This document shows, piece after piece, positions 1 to 9,660 of a stretch of DNA of 64,000 bases (its first letter is position 1; every line of letters starts with the position of its first letter). The translations under genes were made by a program, and so were the position numbers. The stretch is from an uncultured virus (IMG/VR IMGVR_UViG_3300031420_000005). Taxonomy: Duplodnaviria > Heunggongvirae > Uroviricota > Caudoviricetes. The stretch lies in the IMG/VR virus record IMGVR_UViG_3300031420_000005, one strand, 5' to 3'. The notes beneath the pieces are model-generated. The model worked only from the letters and a program-made list of their open reading frames with translations. It searched no databases and was not told the origin of the DNA.

Positions 1-350
1 TTGGATCTTCCGTTCATGGCGAGGGCCTCCACCGCCGAACCCTGGGCAACACCCTTCTTGAGCCTTCGAAGGAAGAGCAGTTTCCGAGTGTTGAAGGCTA
101 CTCCAGCTGCAGCGGCGGTGATCAGGAAAGGAAGGCCGTGTGTGGCTGGGATGCAACCAAGAAGAGTCGCCGGCGCTGAGATCGCCGTGAGTGGCGCGTA
201 GAGCTTGGTCTCGAACATGGTGTAGGGGTAGGGGTCTGCATTCACATCTTCCTGAAGGGCCGCATTGATGGCTCGACTGCGAGCGCTACGCTGGAACTTC
301 GGCAGCTTCAGCCAGGATGCGGGCTTGGAGATTCGCTCAAGTGCTCCCAT
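1..350 (-). CDS. 2-TM membrane protein, family M1 (partial, runs off window start)
   Basis: Hand translation MGALERISKP...QEDVNADPYPY...LLFLRRLKKG; ATG overlaps the stop of the upstream gene (TGATG); similar to 1046-1818 ORFs. Confidence 0.75.
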   Translation of the reverse strand, partial: MGALERISKPASWLKLPKFQRSARSRAINAALQEDVNADPYPYTMFETKLYAPLTAISAPATLLGCIPATHGLPFLITAAAAGVAFNTRKLLFLRRLKKGVAQGSAVEALAMNGRS

Positions 351-688
351 CAGCGGAGCTCCTTTCGGGAACTGTCGAGGGGCTTGGGATGGCGCCTCAG
401 GTAGGTGAGCCTGAAGCTCTGGCTAGCGGCGGCGGTTGCGAGGGCTGCAGGCATGAGGAAGAGTCCCCAGAGATCGGGCGCCAAGCTGTGAGCACTCAGG
501 ATGCCAGCACCACCGAGCATGGCCGCCACGGTCACATGCCTTGCGGCGCTGTCGATGTAGGCAACGCTGTGGAGGTCTATGTCCTCCCGGATCGCAGCCT
601 TGAGCTTCCAGCGCTGGAGCTTGCGGTGCTCCCGGCCGAGCTGACGCACATCCCGGCTGAAGCGAAGCCACTCCATGGTGCCCATCAT
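350..688 (-). CDS. 2-TM membrane protein, family M1
   Basis: ORF track 350..706, probable ATG at 688 or 685 coupled to upstream stop; basic N-terminus, hydrophobic hairpin, RLTYLRR. Confidence 0.7.
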   Translation of the reverse strand: MMGTMEWLRFSRDVRQLGREHRKLQRWKLKAAIREDIDLHSVAYIDSAARHVTVAAMLGGAGILSAHSLAPDLWGLFLMPAALATAAASQSFRLTYLRRHPKPLDSSRKELR

Positions 689-1049
689 CTCTCGATTTCC
701 CTGCACTGCTGGCTCAGGAGTTCCAGTGTACCCTGGGGATCCTGCTGAAGCGCAGTGGCTCCATCCTCAACCCGGTAGAGGTAGACGAGCCGGTTGGCCT
801 GGGTACCTATGGTGAGATGCACGGCTAGAGGCGCCACTCCGAGCCAGATGAAGTCGGGACCGAGCGTAAGGAGAGGGATGGTGGAGCCTAGTGCGCCGAC
901 GAGGGGAGGGTGATGAGGAAGCGCTTCATCTGCGCCCTGTAGGGCTCAGGGTTCTCAGCCCTGTCGAACCTGAAGGCAGCTCGAGCGAGCTCACGGACCC
1001 GCTTTCTCTCCCTGTGGCGCTCTTTCAGTCGCTGGAGCGGGCCGGTCAT
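685..1049 (-). pseudogene. Frameshifted family M1 membrane protein (real lesion or sequencing error)
   Basis: ATG 1049 gives MTGPLQRL...RFDRAENPEPY...ITLP then stop; adding one base in the G4 run at ~903-906 continues LVGALG...NRLVYLYRV...EIER* ending at 685, coupled to the next ATG. Confidence 0.7.
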
Positions 1050-1420
1050 GCAAACTCATCCTCTGGGATCGGCTCTGCCCGGAGCTCTCCGAGGTCGGTC
1101 TGCTCCGTTGTTCGAGATGCTCGACCGAGCCTAAGTCGCCGAAGGAAGACCAACTTTTCACCTAAGAGTGCGGAGGCCGTTAGCGTCGTGACACCACTGA
1201 CGAACAGATAGTCGAGGTCGCCATTGAATGAACTGAGCAACTCAAGGCTCAGAAGTGCGGGCACTCCCAAAAGCATCAAGTACTTGTAACCTCTGTCGTA
1301 GCCTTCGGGGTTGGCGCTCTTGTCGAGTTCGAGCTGACGCTTGAGCTCCGCGCGGGCGCTCTGGCGCTTCGACTGCGGCTTCAGGGCCTGTCGCTCTCTC
1401 GGTCGTTCGAGAATGCTCAT
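1046..1420 (-). CDS. 2-TM membrane protein, family M1
   Basis: ELDKSANPEGY, two hydrophobic segments, KLVFLRRL, DLGELRAE. Confidence 0.8.
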   Translation of the reverse strand: MSILERPRERQALKPQSKRQSARAELKRQLELDKSANPEGYDRGYKYLMLLGVPALLSLELLSSFNGDLDYLFVSGVTTLTASALLGEKLVFLRRLRLGRASRTTEQTDLGELRAEPIPEDEFA

Positions 1421-1818
1421 GGGGTTGCCTCACTCTCTAGGGTCTCTACTCGAAGCTCTCCGAGGTCGGCGTACTCCTGGCTCCCGTTCTTCGAGACTGC
1501 TCCGATCCTACCCTTCTTGAGCCGGTGAAGGAAGATCAATCGAGGGCCCAGGATGCCTGAGATCATGGCCGCGATGGCGGGTGAGAAGGCAACCAGGAAT
1601 CCGTAGGGACCGGGATCGAAGCCCGGAATGAAGGGAGTACCGATGAGCGTGACCATTGTCAGTGGGAAGCCAAGGTACACCATAAGACTCGCCAGAATCC
1701 CGTAGGGTCGCCCGTTGAGCTCCTCGTCGGCCTTCATGGCTCGAAGAACCTTCACCCTCTCAGCCTTGTGGGCGGCCAGCTTAGGCTTGATCGATGAAAG
1801 CCGCTTCAGTGCTGCCAT
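1417..1818 (-). CDS. 2-TM membrane protein, family M1
   Basis: ADEELNGRPY, two TM segments, RLIFLHRLKKG, DLGELRVE. Confidence 0.8.
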   Translation of the reverse strand: MAALKRLSSIKPKLAAHKAERVKVLRAMKADEELNGRPYGILASLMVYLGFPLTMVTLIGTPFIPGFDPGPYGFLVAFSPAIAAMISGILGPRLIFLHRLKKGRIGAVSKNGSQEYADLGELRVETLESEATP

Positions 1819-2561
1819 CAGCTGTTCGCCAGGGCCACGATGCGAGTAGCCACAGCCTGGATCTGCGCCTCCGTGAGCGCACCGTTGGCCTCCTCGAAGA
1901 GCACCTGAACGACCGCCTCCGAGCTAAGCTTCGGCTCGGCCGCGAGCTTTGCATCCTTGGCGAGCTCCTTGCTCCAGCCATAGGCATCGTCGCCTCCAAC
2001 ACCGAATGCTCGCCAGTGACCGTGCGCGCTCTTGACGGCATCGGCCAGGGACGGCAGCTCCGGGCTGGTCTCATCCTCACCGTCGCCGATGATGACCAGG
2101 CGGAAGTAGCCGCTGGGAGTCTCCTGGATGAGGTAGCCGAAGCCGTTCTCGCTGTAGTTCCGGACGATGTTGTCCCGGCGCATGGCCTTCAGGTCCCGGT
2201 CGAGCTTCGTGGCCCAGCTCGCAACGCTGGGGACACCACCCTCATCGTAGAGGTTCTCCAGGGCGCTGGCCATGGCGTCTTCCAGGGTGGGGACCACGGG
2301 ACCGAACTCGTCGGGAGCCTCGAGCTGTCGATCCTTGCCGTCGGGACCCTGCTCAAACTCCGGGAGCTCCGTGTAGATGAAGCGGAAGCCCTCGCCGGGG
2401 ATGAGCTGGATGAGGTAGCCCTCCCGGATCTTCTCATCGCGGTAGGAGGCCACGATGTTGGGGTAGTCGGGAACCCGGAAGTCCAGCCCCGCGTAGTCGA
2501 AGGCTACGATCTTGGCCTCGCCACCGAGGTGGCCGGCGGTGTGGAAGTCTACTGTCGTCAT
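1818..2561 (-). CDS. hypothetical protein (probably leaderless transcript)
   Basis: 247-aa ORF with GC3 bias; TTGACA-17-TAGGAT promoter ends 7 nt before the ATG. Confidence 0.8.
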   Translation of the reverse strand: MTTVDFHTAGHLGGEAKIVAFDYAGLDFRVPDYPNIVASYRDEKIREGYLIQLIPGEGFRFIYTELPEFEQGPDGKDRQLEAPDEFGPVVPTLEDAMASALENLYDEGGVPSVASWATKLDRDLKAMRRDNIVRNYSENGFGYLIQETPSGYFRLVIIGDGEDETSPELPSLADAVKSAHGHWRAFGVGGDDAYGWSKELAKDAKLAAEPKLSSEAVVQVLFEEANGALTEAQIQAVATRIVALANS

Positions 2562-2568
2562 GGTTCCG

Positions 2569-2597
2569 ATCCTACGCGGGAGCTACTGTCCTGTCAA
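2569..2597 (-). promoter_or_regulatory. sigmaA-type promoter
   Basis: Minus strand TTGACA-N17-TAGGAT-cggaacc-ATG. Confidence 0.7.
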
Positions 2598-2934
2598 CGG
2601 GAAAGGTCCGGAATGGAGGACCTTGGCTTTCAGGCGGCTGCCTAGGATCAAGTCACTGTTGGGTCACTCTTCCCGCGGGCGGGAATAGGATCAGTGAGCT
2701 TCCGCGTTGTCCCTCCCCACGGCGCTCATCCAATCGCCGGATCCGGCAGCTCCATCCGCCGGAGGCAGTGAAAACAGACCGTAGAATGGAGTCCCTGAGC
2801 TCGAGCCACAATCTGCTCACACGATTCTCACACCTGAGAAAGCAAACCCGTGGGGCGAACTTCTACGAATGGATTGCTACACGGTGAAAGAGACCCCACC
2901 GCAAAGAGGCCCGTAATGAGAAGGAGCAGAGACT

Positions 2935-3639
2935 ATGAATAGAAGCACACTCACCAAGGGAATCGTCAGCACGATGGCAGTCGGAGCACTCGCGTTCTCC
3001 CTGGCAGCATGCTCTTCGAGTGACGACGGAGTCGGCACTGACAACAACAGCAAGAGCCCAAGCTCTTCGAGCTCCGCCATGGAGACTCCGGCACCAGCCG
3101 CAACCATCGACGAGCTCGGTGGCGTGGACACCCAGGTCACACTCGACCAGGGCTTCCTCGACGCTCTCGGCTCCCTGAAGCTCACTCCGGGCGTCCTCGG
3201 TGGAGCTAAGCTCGAGGGCGCAACCCTGAGCTTCCCGATCACGGGCGGCAATGTGAAGTACTGGGACCCCGACTCCGGCTACCGGCCCTATGTTCAGGGT
3301 GAGATCGACCACGACGGATCCGGCATCAGCCTCACCGGTGGCGGTAAGACCGTGGAGCTCTCGGACTTCGTCATCGATCCCGGTAGCAACTCCAAGCTCA
3401 CCGGTACCGTGAAGGTGGACGGCAAGGAGGTCGGCACGGATGTGAACATCTTCCGGCTCGACGGCACCACCCTCAACCCGCTCGCCAAGGACGCTGACGG
3501 CAACGCAGTGCTCGAGGGTACCACCGTCTACATCTCCAAGGATGCTGCCAAGCTCCTCAATGACACCTTCGGTACGGATGCCGTAACCGGCGACCTCAAG
3601 GTCGGCATCGCGAAGATCACCGCGGCTCCCGCAGAGTGA
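2935..3639 (+). CDS. secreted lipoprotein
   Basis: SD AAGGAG, signal peptide with lipobox LAAC, Ser/Pro linker, beta-rich domain. Confidence 0.8.
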   Translation: MNRSTLTKGIVSTMAVGALAFSLAACSSSDDGVGTDNNSKSPSSSSSAMETPAPAATIDELGGVDTQVTLDQGFLDALGSLKLTPGVLGGAKLEGATLSFPITGGNVKYWDPDSGYRPYVQGEIDHDGSGISLTGGGKTVELSDFVIDPGSNSKLTGTVKVDGKEVGTDVNIFRLDGTTLNPLAKDADGNAVLEGTTVYISKDAAKLLNDTFGTDAVTGDLKVGIAKITAAPAE

Positions 3640-3823
3640 TCCAACGGCCAACGGTCTCTGAGGATTGGGTCGTCTGATCCAGGCCGTTGAAGCCGAAGGC
3701 AACCGGGTAGGCCCGGATGGGACTGTAACAGTTTCCCATCCGGGCTTGCTCTCTGTCTAGGCGCTTGAAACGATCTCCAAAGAGATCGTTGTCAGATTCG
3801 ATCAGTCCGCGTATGATCGTCCC

Positions 3824-4384
3824 ATGGACACCACGCAGACCATCGAGAAGGAAGCTCCGATCAGCTCCTTCACCGTTGAGATCCTCGTACACCACGGGGA
3901 CTACAAGGCGACCTTTACCGGTACCGGCTCCAGCATCCTGGAGGCAGCTGAGGAGGCAGCCTCTCAGACCACCTACGCCGATGGCCTCTTCGACACGACG
4001 AGCAGCTACTACGGAGAGCGAGCAGTTCTCCGAACCGCCCTGGAGGCCGCTCTCAGGGATGGTCGCAGCTACACCGGCTACGGCTGGACCACCTTCAAGC
4101 TCATCGACTCGTCAGCCGATCAGGATTCGACCCCGGATCCGGTGGATGCGGCGGTGGAAGCTGGGGCCTATCCGAAGCTCGTTTCCGATGAGCTCCTCGA
4201 ACAGCTCATCGAGGCTCACGCTGCGGCCGTTCGGAAGGACTCGATCCGACTCTTCCCGCAGAGCTACAACGAGGCCACTGCCCTGGAGCCCTTCCTCATC
4301 GAGGCTCGCCGCACCCTGACCCAGGATCTGGAATCGTTGGAGTACGCCTATGCTGCGCTCCAGATGCAGAAGGAAGGCAGCTGA
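3824..4384 (+). CDS. hypothetical protein (probably leaderless)
   Basis: 186-aa ORF; TTGTCA-17-TATGAT ends 6 nt before the ATG. Confidence 0.75.
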   Translation: MDTTQTIEKEAPISSFTVEILVHHGDYKATFTGTGSSILEAAEEAASQTTYADGLFDTTSSYYGERAVLRTALEAALRDGRSYTGYGWTTFKLIDSSADQDSTPDPVDAAVEAGAYPKLVSDELLEQLIEAHAAAVRKDSIRLFPQSYNEATALEPFLIEARRTLTQDLESLEYAYAALQMQKEGS

Positions 4385-4395
4385 GATCAGCCCCT

Positions 4396-4446
4396 GAGTT
4401 AACCTCTACGGTTAACTACGGCCAGAGTTAATCTCCACGGTTAACT
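4396..4446. repeat. Two tandem 22-bp palindromes, candidate protein-binding sites
   Basis: GAGTTAACCTCTACGGTTAACT (4396-4417) and GAGTTAATCTCCACGGTTAACT (4425-4446). Confidence 0.75.
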
Positions 4447-4511
4447 TCTGGACGCTATTTCGTACAGATTCACTTGCACGATTTGCCGTACATTGCTTCC
4501 CCGACTCGCCA

Positions 4512-4554
4512 TTGCGCTGGTCGGGGAAGCCGTGTATGGTGGACCTCACACCAC
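4512..4554 (+). promoter_or_regulatory. TTGCGC-class promoter with CACACCAC element
   Basis: TTGCGC-N17-TATGGT-GGACCTCACACCAC. Confidence 0.7.
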
Positions 4555-4579
4555 ATCGCTTCGATCCCTGGAGGATCCA

Positions 4580-4984
4580 ATGTTCAGCAAGATCTTCGCC
4601 GCCCTGGAGGCCAAGCTCAACCTCTGGGCCGGAGTCGACGAGTTCGATGAGCCCTACCGCTTCACGGCCGATCAGGAACGAGCGCTCGCCGAGGTCTATG
4701 TCTCGCCCCGGGGCATGATTTCCCTGGCTGAAGTCGCAAAGAAGGTCTTCGACACTCGGAAGGGCGACTCAGCCTATTACTTCGGATTGCCCATCGACAA
4801 TCATCCAGAAATCCTCGATGGACTTGGCTATAAACTCTCCCGGGAGAGGCACGGCTACCTTCTCCGCCGAAGTGACCTCGCTACTCTCACGGGTCGAGTC
4901 AAAGCTGTGAGCGCAGCCGATGCGAAGGCTTTTCAGGCAGCCGAAGAAAAGCGCTACAAGGCCAGAGGCTATTACTACGCCTAA
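4580..4984 (+). CDS. hypothetical protein, paralog of 5092-5412
   Basis: SD GGAGG, start MFSK; shares DQ..ALAEV...GM..L.E....VF...YY. Confidence 0.75.
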   Translation: MFSKIFAALEAKLNLWAGVDEFDEPYRFTADQERALAEVYVSPRGMISLAEVAKKVFDTRKGDSAYYFGLPIDNHPEILDGLGYKLSRERHGYLLRRSDLATLTGRVKAVSAADAKAFQAAEEKRYKARGYYYA

Positions 4985-5015
4985 GTCCTCTTTTCTACGC
5001 AGTGCCCGGTGACCG

Positions 5016-5058
5016 TTGCGCTTCCAAGCATTCTCGTATACGGTGGACCTCACACCAC
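5016..5058 (+). promoter_or_regulatory. TTGCGC-class promoter with CACACCAC element
   Basis: TTGCGC-N17-TACGGT-GGACCTCACACCAC. Confidence 0.7.
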
Positions 5059-5091
5059 ACCGCAAGCTTTCACTCCCTTGGAGACTCCACC

Positions 5092-5412
5092 ATGTTCAAC
5101 AAGAAGCCGCAGACTTCGCAGGCACTTCCCGAGGTCGAGGTTCCCCTCACGGATGAGCAGCGTTCCGCCCTGGCAGAGGTCCTCGCGGAGGCAGACGGAC
5201 AGGGCATGGTGCGCCTCGGCGAGATCACCCGCCGGGTCTTCAACCAGCAGGTGCAGTACATCTCCTACTACTACGAGGGCGTGGGCAGCGCCATCGTCGC
5301 CACCGAGGGCCTTCGGGTTCAGGGTGGCATCAGCTACCACGAGTACACCATCCACAGGGACGATGTGCTCGCCTTCTTCGGGCGTATCCTTGCCCACCGC
5401 GGTCGGATCTGA
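5092..5412 (+). CDS. hypothetical protein, paralog of 4580-4984
   Basis: SD GGAGA, start MFNKK. Confidence 0.75.
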   Translation: MFNKKPQTSQALPEVEVPLTDEQRSALAEVLAEADGQGMVRLGEITRRVFNQQVQYISYYYEGVGSAIVATEGLRVQGGISYHEYTIHRDDVLAFFGRILAHRGRI

Positions 5413-5427
5413 GAGTCGAGCCTTACC

Positions 5428-5940
5428 ATGGCCATCATCCCCATTCTCCTCACACTCGCCTACTACATCCTGGAGACATTCTTCGTCATCCAGCTCACCA
5501 TCGCCACCATCAACTTCATCGGCAAGCACCAGGGCGGCTTCTTCGAAACGAGCAATCCCCTCGCCTGGATCGTGACCTTCGTGCTCCTGGCGATCATCGT
5601 CTCAGTGGCTCGGCCGATCTTCCGGCTCATCAACCGCATCATCGGCAGGGGCCTCGCGGGGATCATCACCGGGCTCTTCGCTCGAGGCCCGGGAGGCGCC
5701 TTCGCCATCCAGGCAACCATCGCAGCCCTCCTTGGCATCGGCTGGCTCATCGGAAGCGGGATCATCACCGCCCGAACCATGGACTACTTCGCAGCCCACC
5801 CCGGACTCAACGGCTGGCTTGCCCAGGGGAACTGGCTCGCCTACACCCTGGTCTATTGCGCGATCCTCGCCACGGTCTACTCAACTCCCAAGAGCAACTC
5901 CAAGAACTCGGAGGAGGAGAGCGCGGAGCTGCGCGCGTAG
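5428..5940 (+). CDS. multi-pass membrane protein
   Basis: About four hydrophobic segments, GC3 bias. Confidence 0.8.
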   Translation: MAIIPILLTLAYYILETFFVIQLTIATINFIGKHQGGFFETSNPLAWIVTFVLLAIIVSVARPIFRLINRIIGRGLAGIITGLFARGPGGAFAIQATIAALLGIGWLIGSGIITARTMDYFAAHPGLNGWLAQGNWLAYTLVYCAILATVYSTPKSNSKNSEEESAELRA

Positions 5941-6018
5941 CTCCAGACTTCAGCGGAAGTCCAAAGTCGAAGCCCGGCGGCCATTGTGCTGCCGGGCTCC
6001 GCCGTGTATCATGGACCT

Positions 6019-6210
6019 ATGACTGTCACGAAGCAGAAGTCCGTCTCGAAGCGTCCGACCTCCTCGGTGATGCGGACCAGCGACCCCTCGAAGTGCAACT
6101 ACCCCATGGGACTCAACAAGTCCTTCCAGGGCTCAATCTCGAAGCTGCGCTTCTGCCAGCGCGACCGGGCGACCTGCCAGTTCCACAAGGCCAAGACCCG
6201 GGCCAACTGA
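6019..6210 (+). CDS. small basic Cys/His protein (probably leaderless)
   Basis: TTGTGC-17-TATCAT-ggacct-ATG; C..C..C..H pattern. Confidence 0.6.
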   Translation: MTVTKQKSVSKRPTSSVMRTSDPSKCNYPMGLNKSFQGSISKLRFCQRDRATCQFHKAKTRAN

Positions 6211-6241
6211 CCCACCACGAGAAGTAGGAATCACAAGTCCC

Positions 6242-7324
6242 ATGAGTGAACTTCAGATCACCCCAGAGCAGGTCAACGCGATCTTCGGCGACAAGCCCGG
6301 GGAGGGGGCGGATGAGTCCTTCCTCAGAGGCTTCTACGCCGCACAGGCCATCGGCCGGGTCCGTATTGCCGCCCTCGCTGGCTGGGAGACCGCCGTCGGA
6401 CCGAGCCGCGATCTCGCAGCCATGGTCTCCGATGTGACCGGCCTCGACGAGGACGAGCTCGAGGAGCTCGGCGGCTTCCGAAACTCCCCGCGGAACAAGT
6501 CCTTCGATGAGCTTGCGGCCACCGCTAAGGCGAGCTGGTCAGAGGACGCCCGCGCGCTCTACGAGGCTGCGAGTGAGTCCTTCAGAGAGGAGACGAAGGC
6601 CGTCCAGCCCCTTCCCAGGGTTCCCGTGGATCAGTCCTTTCTCCACGCTGTAATCCAGTCACTCACCGAGGCCGGCGATGTCTCCCTGGTAGAGACCGCT
6701 CAGCACTTCCTCGACTCAGCACCTCGAGACGGATTCAGCACCATCGAGGAGGCAGTCGAGCACGGTCTCCGGGGGCGAAGCTCATCCTGGCAGTACGCCT
6801 GGCGTGCCTTCTTCCCTGAGATCGACGGCGAGGGCAAGCCCCTGCTGGGCACCTTCGGCGAGGAGTACGAGTGGCTCGACTTCGAGAGCTTCAAGGCTGC
6901 CCTGGAGGCAGCTCAGGAAGCCCAGGAAGAGGAAGACCGCAAGCCCCAGGAAGACGAGACCCATCGGCTTGGCTACAGTGTCTGGAAGCGCAGGCACCAC
7001 AAGCCCGGAACCTGGGAAGCCGTCAGCGCCGACGAGGATGAGATCACTGACGGCTCGGTCGAGTACGGCTGGCGATCCTTCATGCCCAACCACGATGAGG
7101 AGGGCAATCTCATCGAGGGTCTCGGCGAGGAGTACGAGTGGCTCGACGCTGACAGCCTGGAGGAAGCACGCTCGCAGGTTGCTCTCCTCCAGGTTGAGGA
7201 AGACGCGATCAGCAAGGCCCGCGGGCTCACTTCCCTGAGCTACAGCGTCTGGAAGCGCACTCCGGAGCACTTCGGCGACTGGATCCCCATGGCTCGCATC
7301 GACTCTCCGGAGGCCACTCGATGA
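6242..7324 (+). CDS. acidic hypothetical protein with two ~90-aa C-terminal repeats
   Basis: Y.WR.F.P..D.EG....GEEYEWLD...L.YSVWKR....G.W occurs twice. Confidence 0.8.
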   Translation: MSELQITPEQVNAIFGDKPGEGADESFLRGFYAAQAIGRVRIAALAGWETAVGPSRDLAAMVSDVTGLDEDELEELGGFRNSPRNKSFDELAATAKASWSEDARALYEAASESFREETKAVQPLPRVPVDQSFLHAVIQSLTEAGDVSLVETAQHFLDSAPRDGFSTIEEAVEHGLRGRSSSWQYAWRAFFPEIDGEGKPLLGTFGEEYEWLDFESFKAALEAAQEAQEEEDRKPQEDETHRLGYSVWKRRHHKPGTWEAVSADEDEITDGSVEYGWRSFMPNHDEEGNLIEGLGEEYEWLDADSLEEARSQVALLQVEEDAISKARGLTSLSYSVWKRTPEHFGDWIPMARIDSPEATR

Positions 7325-9660
7325 GCGAAGGTCCATTCAATCCCTACCGGGAACTCCGAGAGGCTGAGCTTCGCTCCGAGATCATCGGAGTGCTCAGCCG
7401 GGCAGCAGAGCTGGAGGGACTCAAGTCAGCTCCTGAGGCTCAATCCATGGTTCAGGACTACCTCTACAGCGCCTCTGAGCGGCGCTTCGCCCTGGAGCTC
7501 AACATCCTCGAGCTCCTCGACCGCATCGACGAGGAGCTCTTCCACAGAAGAGACACGGCTCCTGTCCAGTCCCTGAGGAGCGACGGGAGCCTCCTCGCGG
7601 GGCTCATCCGCGCCCAGCAGAAGCTCCGGGGCCGGGAGGACTACGAGCCTAGCGCCTCCGTCACCGTGAGCGTGCCCCGGGAGCTCATCGACAGGCTTCG
7701 CTCAGAGGCTGACTACATGGAGGAGAACTCCCTGGGCGTGGTCCCCGGTCCCCTGGCCGATGTGCTCAAGATCCTCGAGGGAGCGGTGAAGACTCAGACA
7801 GTCGATACCGTGAGGGAGTTCGGTGTCGACCGAGAAGACTCCATCTACAGCGCCGTCGCCCAGGAGCGCGGCCACAGCGAAAGGGCTCCCATGAGCGACC
7901 AGCACGAGGCTCCCGGCGGGGGCTCGAAGCCAGAGACCAGCGACAGATGGGAAGAGGAGGAGATCCCGGTGCTCGAGGGCATGCTCGTCCGCGGAACTCT
8001 TCCGGACTTCGGGCTGCCTGAGGACTTCCTCTGGGCCGTACACACGGTGGAGAAGGGCGTCGTCGAGCTCGACGGAGTCACCCACCCGGGTGTCGGCGTC
8101 ATGGTCAACCTCGAGGACTTCTGGAAGGACTTCCGCTTCGCGGTGGATGTGGTTCAGCCCGCCCCCGTGCTGGCTGTCATCCGGGAGCTCGCAATCGAGG
8201 AGCGCCGGGAGCGCAACGCCCAGCTTCGAGACGGAATCGCCGAGCAGCTGTCAACGGGTGCCTCCAGGGTGGTCGAGGGCGTCGAGAAGCTCAGTGAGCG
8301 CTACGCTCCGGTGGGTGAGCGATTCCTCAAGCGCGCCGTAAGCGCCGCCAAGAGCGCCGTAGAGTCGGTGAGCACCAAGGTAGAGGAGGCAGGTAGCTCT
8401 GAGCCCGAGCAGAAGGATACTTCGGCCGCCTCCGGCGACAAACCCCAGGCGAAGGGTGATCAGCCCCAGGGCGAGGACGAGCGAGTCCTCAGCGAAGCCT
8501 TTTCCCGGGAGGACTTCGAGGCGGGCAGCGACCGGGAGGTTGACCTCCAGGCCCTCCGGGAGAAACTCTCCTCCACTCCGAAGGCCCAGCCGAAGGAGCC
8601 CGAGAGCGCTGAGGAGCTCCGGGATCGCATCGCCGGGCTCGTCTACGCTGCTCAGCATCCCGATCAGGGTTCGAAGTGGCTCACGACCGTGGACGGTTCG
8701 CCCAATGTGGCATCCTACGCGGCCGCAGATGCCCTCCTGAGCGAGTTTTCCGGCTTCCTCGCATCGTCCAACGGTGAGAAGAACTCCGGGGCTCAGGCAG
8801 GCGCTGAGCGCAGCGCTGAGAACAGTGATTCGAAGGGGGACTCCGATGAGTTCGCCGTGGAGGACTTCCCGGTGCCCGTTCCTCCAGCCCAGAGCGACCT
8901 GGAGCGCCTAGAGTATCTCCAGCGTTCCCTGAGCCTCAACGACTTCGAGGACAGCTTCCGCAAGGAGGATGCCCTGGCTGAGCTCCTGGAGCTCCTTCCC
9001 AGCGCCCTGGAGGAGATCGACTACCTCAGGGACAACGAGGGCGAGGTCCAGAAGGGCTTCATGGACATCCTGGATAGGCTCCGGGGAGCTGTGAGCACCT
9101 CCAGCGTTCGTCGCGCCTGGGAGTCCTACGAGGAAGCCCGGGAGTCCCGGGACCTGATCTACGAGTCCCGGCAGGAGGAGCGCGCCAAGGTGCGCCGGCT
9201 CGAGGGTGAGATCGAGGAGCTCAAGGGGAAGCTCGAAAGCTCTGAGGAGGATAACCGTAGCGCCGCTGAGAAGCTCGCTGCCTGGACGGAGGAGGCCGAC
9301 CGGAAAGAACGAGAGGCCATCAACCAGTCCTCGGTGAACTCCTACAACCGCTGGGCGGACAGGCAGCAGGAGATCCCTCTCAGTGCTGGAAAGATCTCCT
9401 ACACCTCTGCTGAAGGTCAGCGGGAGCTCGGCCATGTGAGCAGCTTCATGGTGAGCGGCATTCCCATGGCCGTGAGGATCTCCGAGCAGGAGGGCACCAC
9501 CCTGAAGCTCCTGGAGCTCATCCCCCAGGGCTCCGAGAGCCCGCTCTTCAGGAAGGAGATCTGTGCCACAGGTTTCCTCACCGAGGAGAAGCTCCGGAGG
9601 ATCGTCACCGACTCGGACGGCTGGCTTGGCAACGATGCGGTGGAGGCAGGCGATGAGTAG
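7321..9660 (+). CDS. large acidic, coiled-coil-rich hypothetical protein
   Basis: 779-aa ORF, ATGA-coupled. Confidence 0.8.
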   Translation: MSEGPFNPYRELREAELRSEIIGVLSRAAELEGLKSAPEAQSMVQDYLYSASERRFALELNILELLDRIDEELFHRRDTAPVQSLRSDGSLLAGLIRAQQKLRGREDYEPSASVTVSVPRELIDRLRSEADYMEENSLGVVPGPLADVLKILEGAVKTQTVDTVREFGVDREDSIYSAVAQERGHSERAPMSDQHEAPGGGSKPETSDRWEEEEIPVLEGMLVRGTLPDFGLPEDFLWAVHTVEKGVVELDGVTHPGVGVMVNLEDFWKDFRFAVDVVQPAPVLAVIRELAIEERRERNAQLRDGIAEQLSTGASRVVEGVEKLSERYAPVGERFLKRAVSAAKSAVESVSTKVEEAGSSEPEQKDTSAASGDKPQAKGDQPQGEDERVLSEAFSREDFEAGSDREVDLQALREKLSSTPKAQPKEPESAEELRDRIAGLVYAAQHPDQGSKWLTTVDGSPNVASYAAADALLSEFSGFLASSNGEKNSGAQAGAERSAENSDSKGDSDEFAVEDFPVPVPPAQSDLERLEYLQRSLSLNDFEDSFRKEDALAELLELLPSALEEIDYLRDNEGEVQKGFMDILDRLRGAVSTSSVRRAWESYEEARESRDLIYESRQEERAKVRRLEGEIEELKGKLESSEEDNRSAAEKLAAWTEEADRKEREAINQSSVNSYNRWADRQQEIPLSAGKISYTSAEGQRELGHVSSFMVSGIPMAVRISEQEGTTLKLLELIPQGSESPLFRKEICATGFLTEEKLRRIVTDSDGWLGNDAVEAGDE

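Noticed and set aside
4396..4446. Possible mini-CRISPR array
   Set aside because: Only two units with a 7-bp spacer, and no cas genes.
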